Positions 62,330 to 64,000 of a stretch of 64,000 nucleotides of DNA are shown in pieces; within the stretch, counting starts at the first letter, position 1, and the number at the start of each line of letters is the position of its first letter. Where the stretch lies: positions 30,690,001-30,754,000 of the forward strand of contig NC_092674.1 in the NCBI RefSeq assembly GCF_964355755.1, in the 5' to 3' direction. A program made the translations under genes and the position numbers. Origin of the DNA: Antedon mediterranea (taxonomy: Eukaryota; Animalia; Echinodermata). A model generated the notes under the pieces. It ran no database searches. It was not told where the DNA came from and worked only from the letters and a program-made list of their open reading frames with translations.

Positions 62330-63137
62330 GGGCCTGTTTCTGCTGCAACTGCTCAAAATACGGTATAAAAATACGGTATTTTTTATACCGTATTTTTTAG
62401 TACCCCGTTTCTGCTAACAATACTTCTTGGGTGGTCGTGTTAAATTTCATCTTTTTTACCCAAATTGCCATTCATTTATTTGATCGATAATTAAAAGTCG
62501 CAATAAAGGAAGTTTTACGTCTCACTTTCAACAGCCTAGCCCTAGTGATAGAGATGTTGAGAGCACAGAAAACATCGTAATGGGGACAATTAATTCGTTC
62601 CCTCCCCGAGTTATTGTATTTTGCAATGTTGTACTGCTTTCGCAGGCTCTTCAGCTTTGAGTTTACTTGCTTTGGAGACAAGTTTATTCCATACTCCTGC
62701 TTTATTTTTTTATAAATGTCTTTATAAATGTGGTTGTCCCTTTTATTACCTTTTAGTTGGTCAGACATTTTAGCTTCCCCACACACATTTATTTAGTAAA
62801 ACTGTGACGTATTCGCTCCACATTTTCGCCGAATATATCTATACATGTGTGTAAAGCAGCTAACAGCGACAGAAAATAAAAACACGAATGGTGACCTTTT
62901 GTCATGTAAAAAAAAATACGGTATTTTTTATTGGCAGCAGAAACGGGTACAAAAAATACGGTATAAATTTGTAAATACCGTATTTTATCCACAAATTTTG
63001 TGGGGAAAATACGGTATACAAAATACGGTATATTTTTTATGAGCGCAGTTTCTGCTGCCAAAAATATACCGTATATATACGGTATTCAAAAAATACCGTA
63101 TAATATACGGTATTTAGTTGGCAGCAGAAACAGGGCC
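62330..63137 (-). mobile_element. Harbinger deletion derivative retaining a Myb/SANT (trihelix) ORF fragment (62472-62786)
   Basis: TIRs GGGCCTGTTTCTGCTGCAACT / AGTTGGCAGCAGAAACAGGGCC with a TTA TSD. The ORF RDNHIYKDIYKKIKQEYGINLSPKQVNSKLKSLRKQY...SG....CPHYD resembles Harbinger Myb-like proteins. Many subterminal ATACGGTA/TACCGTAT motifs are present. Confidence 0.85.
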
Positions 63138-64000
63138 TTAGAGAGTAATAGTTTTGTTGATAAATTATAATTTAAATATTGTATGATACTGTAGTTATAA
63201 GATAATTTCAAACCACATTCTTTATGGCAAACAGCCTTAATAGCCTGGATCTATTTCACATGTTATTTACAAAGGTTCAGAGCATAAGATAAAGAATATT
63301 ATCTAATTACTAAACCATGCATCATCAACTACTACTCCATCAACAAATTCACCTTGATGGACATTACACAACTCTGCCATTACTACTGTTTTACAGTAAT
63401 CATGGATAATGTACCATAACTACATGGTAATTGTTTTTGACCTGGAAGTGATAACAAACAAACAATTACTAAGTATCGTTTATGACAGTGCTCTACAGAC
63501 TTCCCTGATTTAATAAGAAGATCCACTAAATAATTTCAGTCTCAAAATGTGTTTCTTTATTTGGAGTCGCATTATTTCTTCCTGATTATGGTATTCATTA
63601 AAATTAGGAAGTTTTTTTATACTGTAATTGATGACTAATCATGCATATAGGCCTATTAGATGCTCATTTCTTGGTAACCAGTAATGTTGTTAAGGATCTT
63701 GGTCACCAAGACAACATATTAAATCACACTTCCTTTACTACTGTACATACACTTCCTCATAATCTAAAAAAATCTTTAATTTAAAAACCAAAACTTTAAA
63801 ATAAGTTTAAGGAACACAACACCAATGTATTGTCCATTGCATGTATACAATGGCATGCTAGTTCAGTAGCACCTACATATAATTTATTCCATTTCTTGTT
63901 TCCGTTTGATTAATTAATACAATGAAGTCTTTATTATAAAAATATTTACCTGTTTTTTACCCAACCCCATTATTATATAAAGCAGAATTACAATCCACAT

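Overview
AT-rich, intron-rich animal genomic DNA, probably a marine invertebrate; the taxon is inferred and not provable here. Six protein-coding genes can be spliced by hand with consistent reading phases: ANKLE2/LEM4 (+, 1357-8746), two paralogous secreted C-type-lectin/mucin genes (+, 10693-15507 and 21032-~24.1 kb) flanking a RING-B-box-coiled-coil-filamin TRIM gene (-, 17882-20051), DELE1 (-, 25672-29234), and a Diaphanous formin (-, 32723 to beyond 62105, 5' end outside the window). Introns carry many minisatellites, PIF/Harbinger MITEs, foldback elements, tRNA-derived SINEs and LINE fragments. The most striking unexplained structure is in a formin intron at ~51.9-52.7 kb: two different, convergent hammerhead-ribozyme motifs in (TA)n-flanked, partly duplicated Penelope/retrozyme-like units, one linked to an antisense tRNA-like cloverleaf. 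The formin also has two U12-type AT-AC introns, a duplicated coiled-coil exon pair (candidate mutually exclusive exons) and three in-frame candidate micro-exons after its DAD motif. All calls come from manual reading; no searches or folding programs were run.
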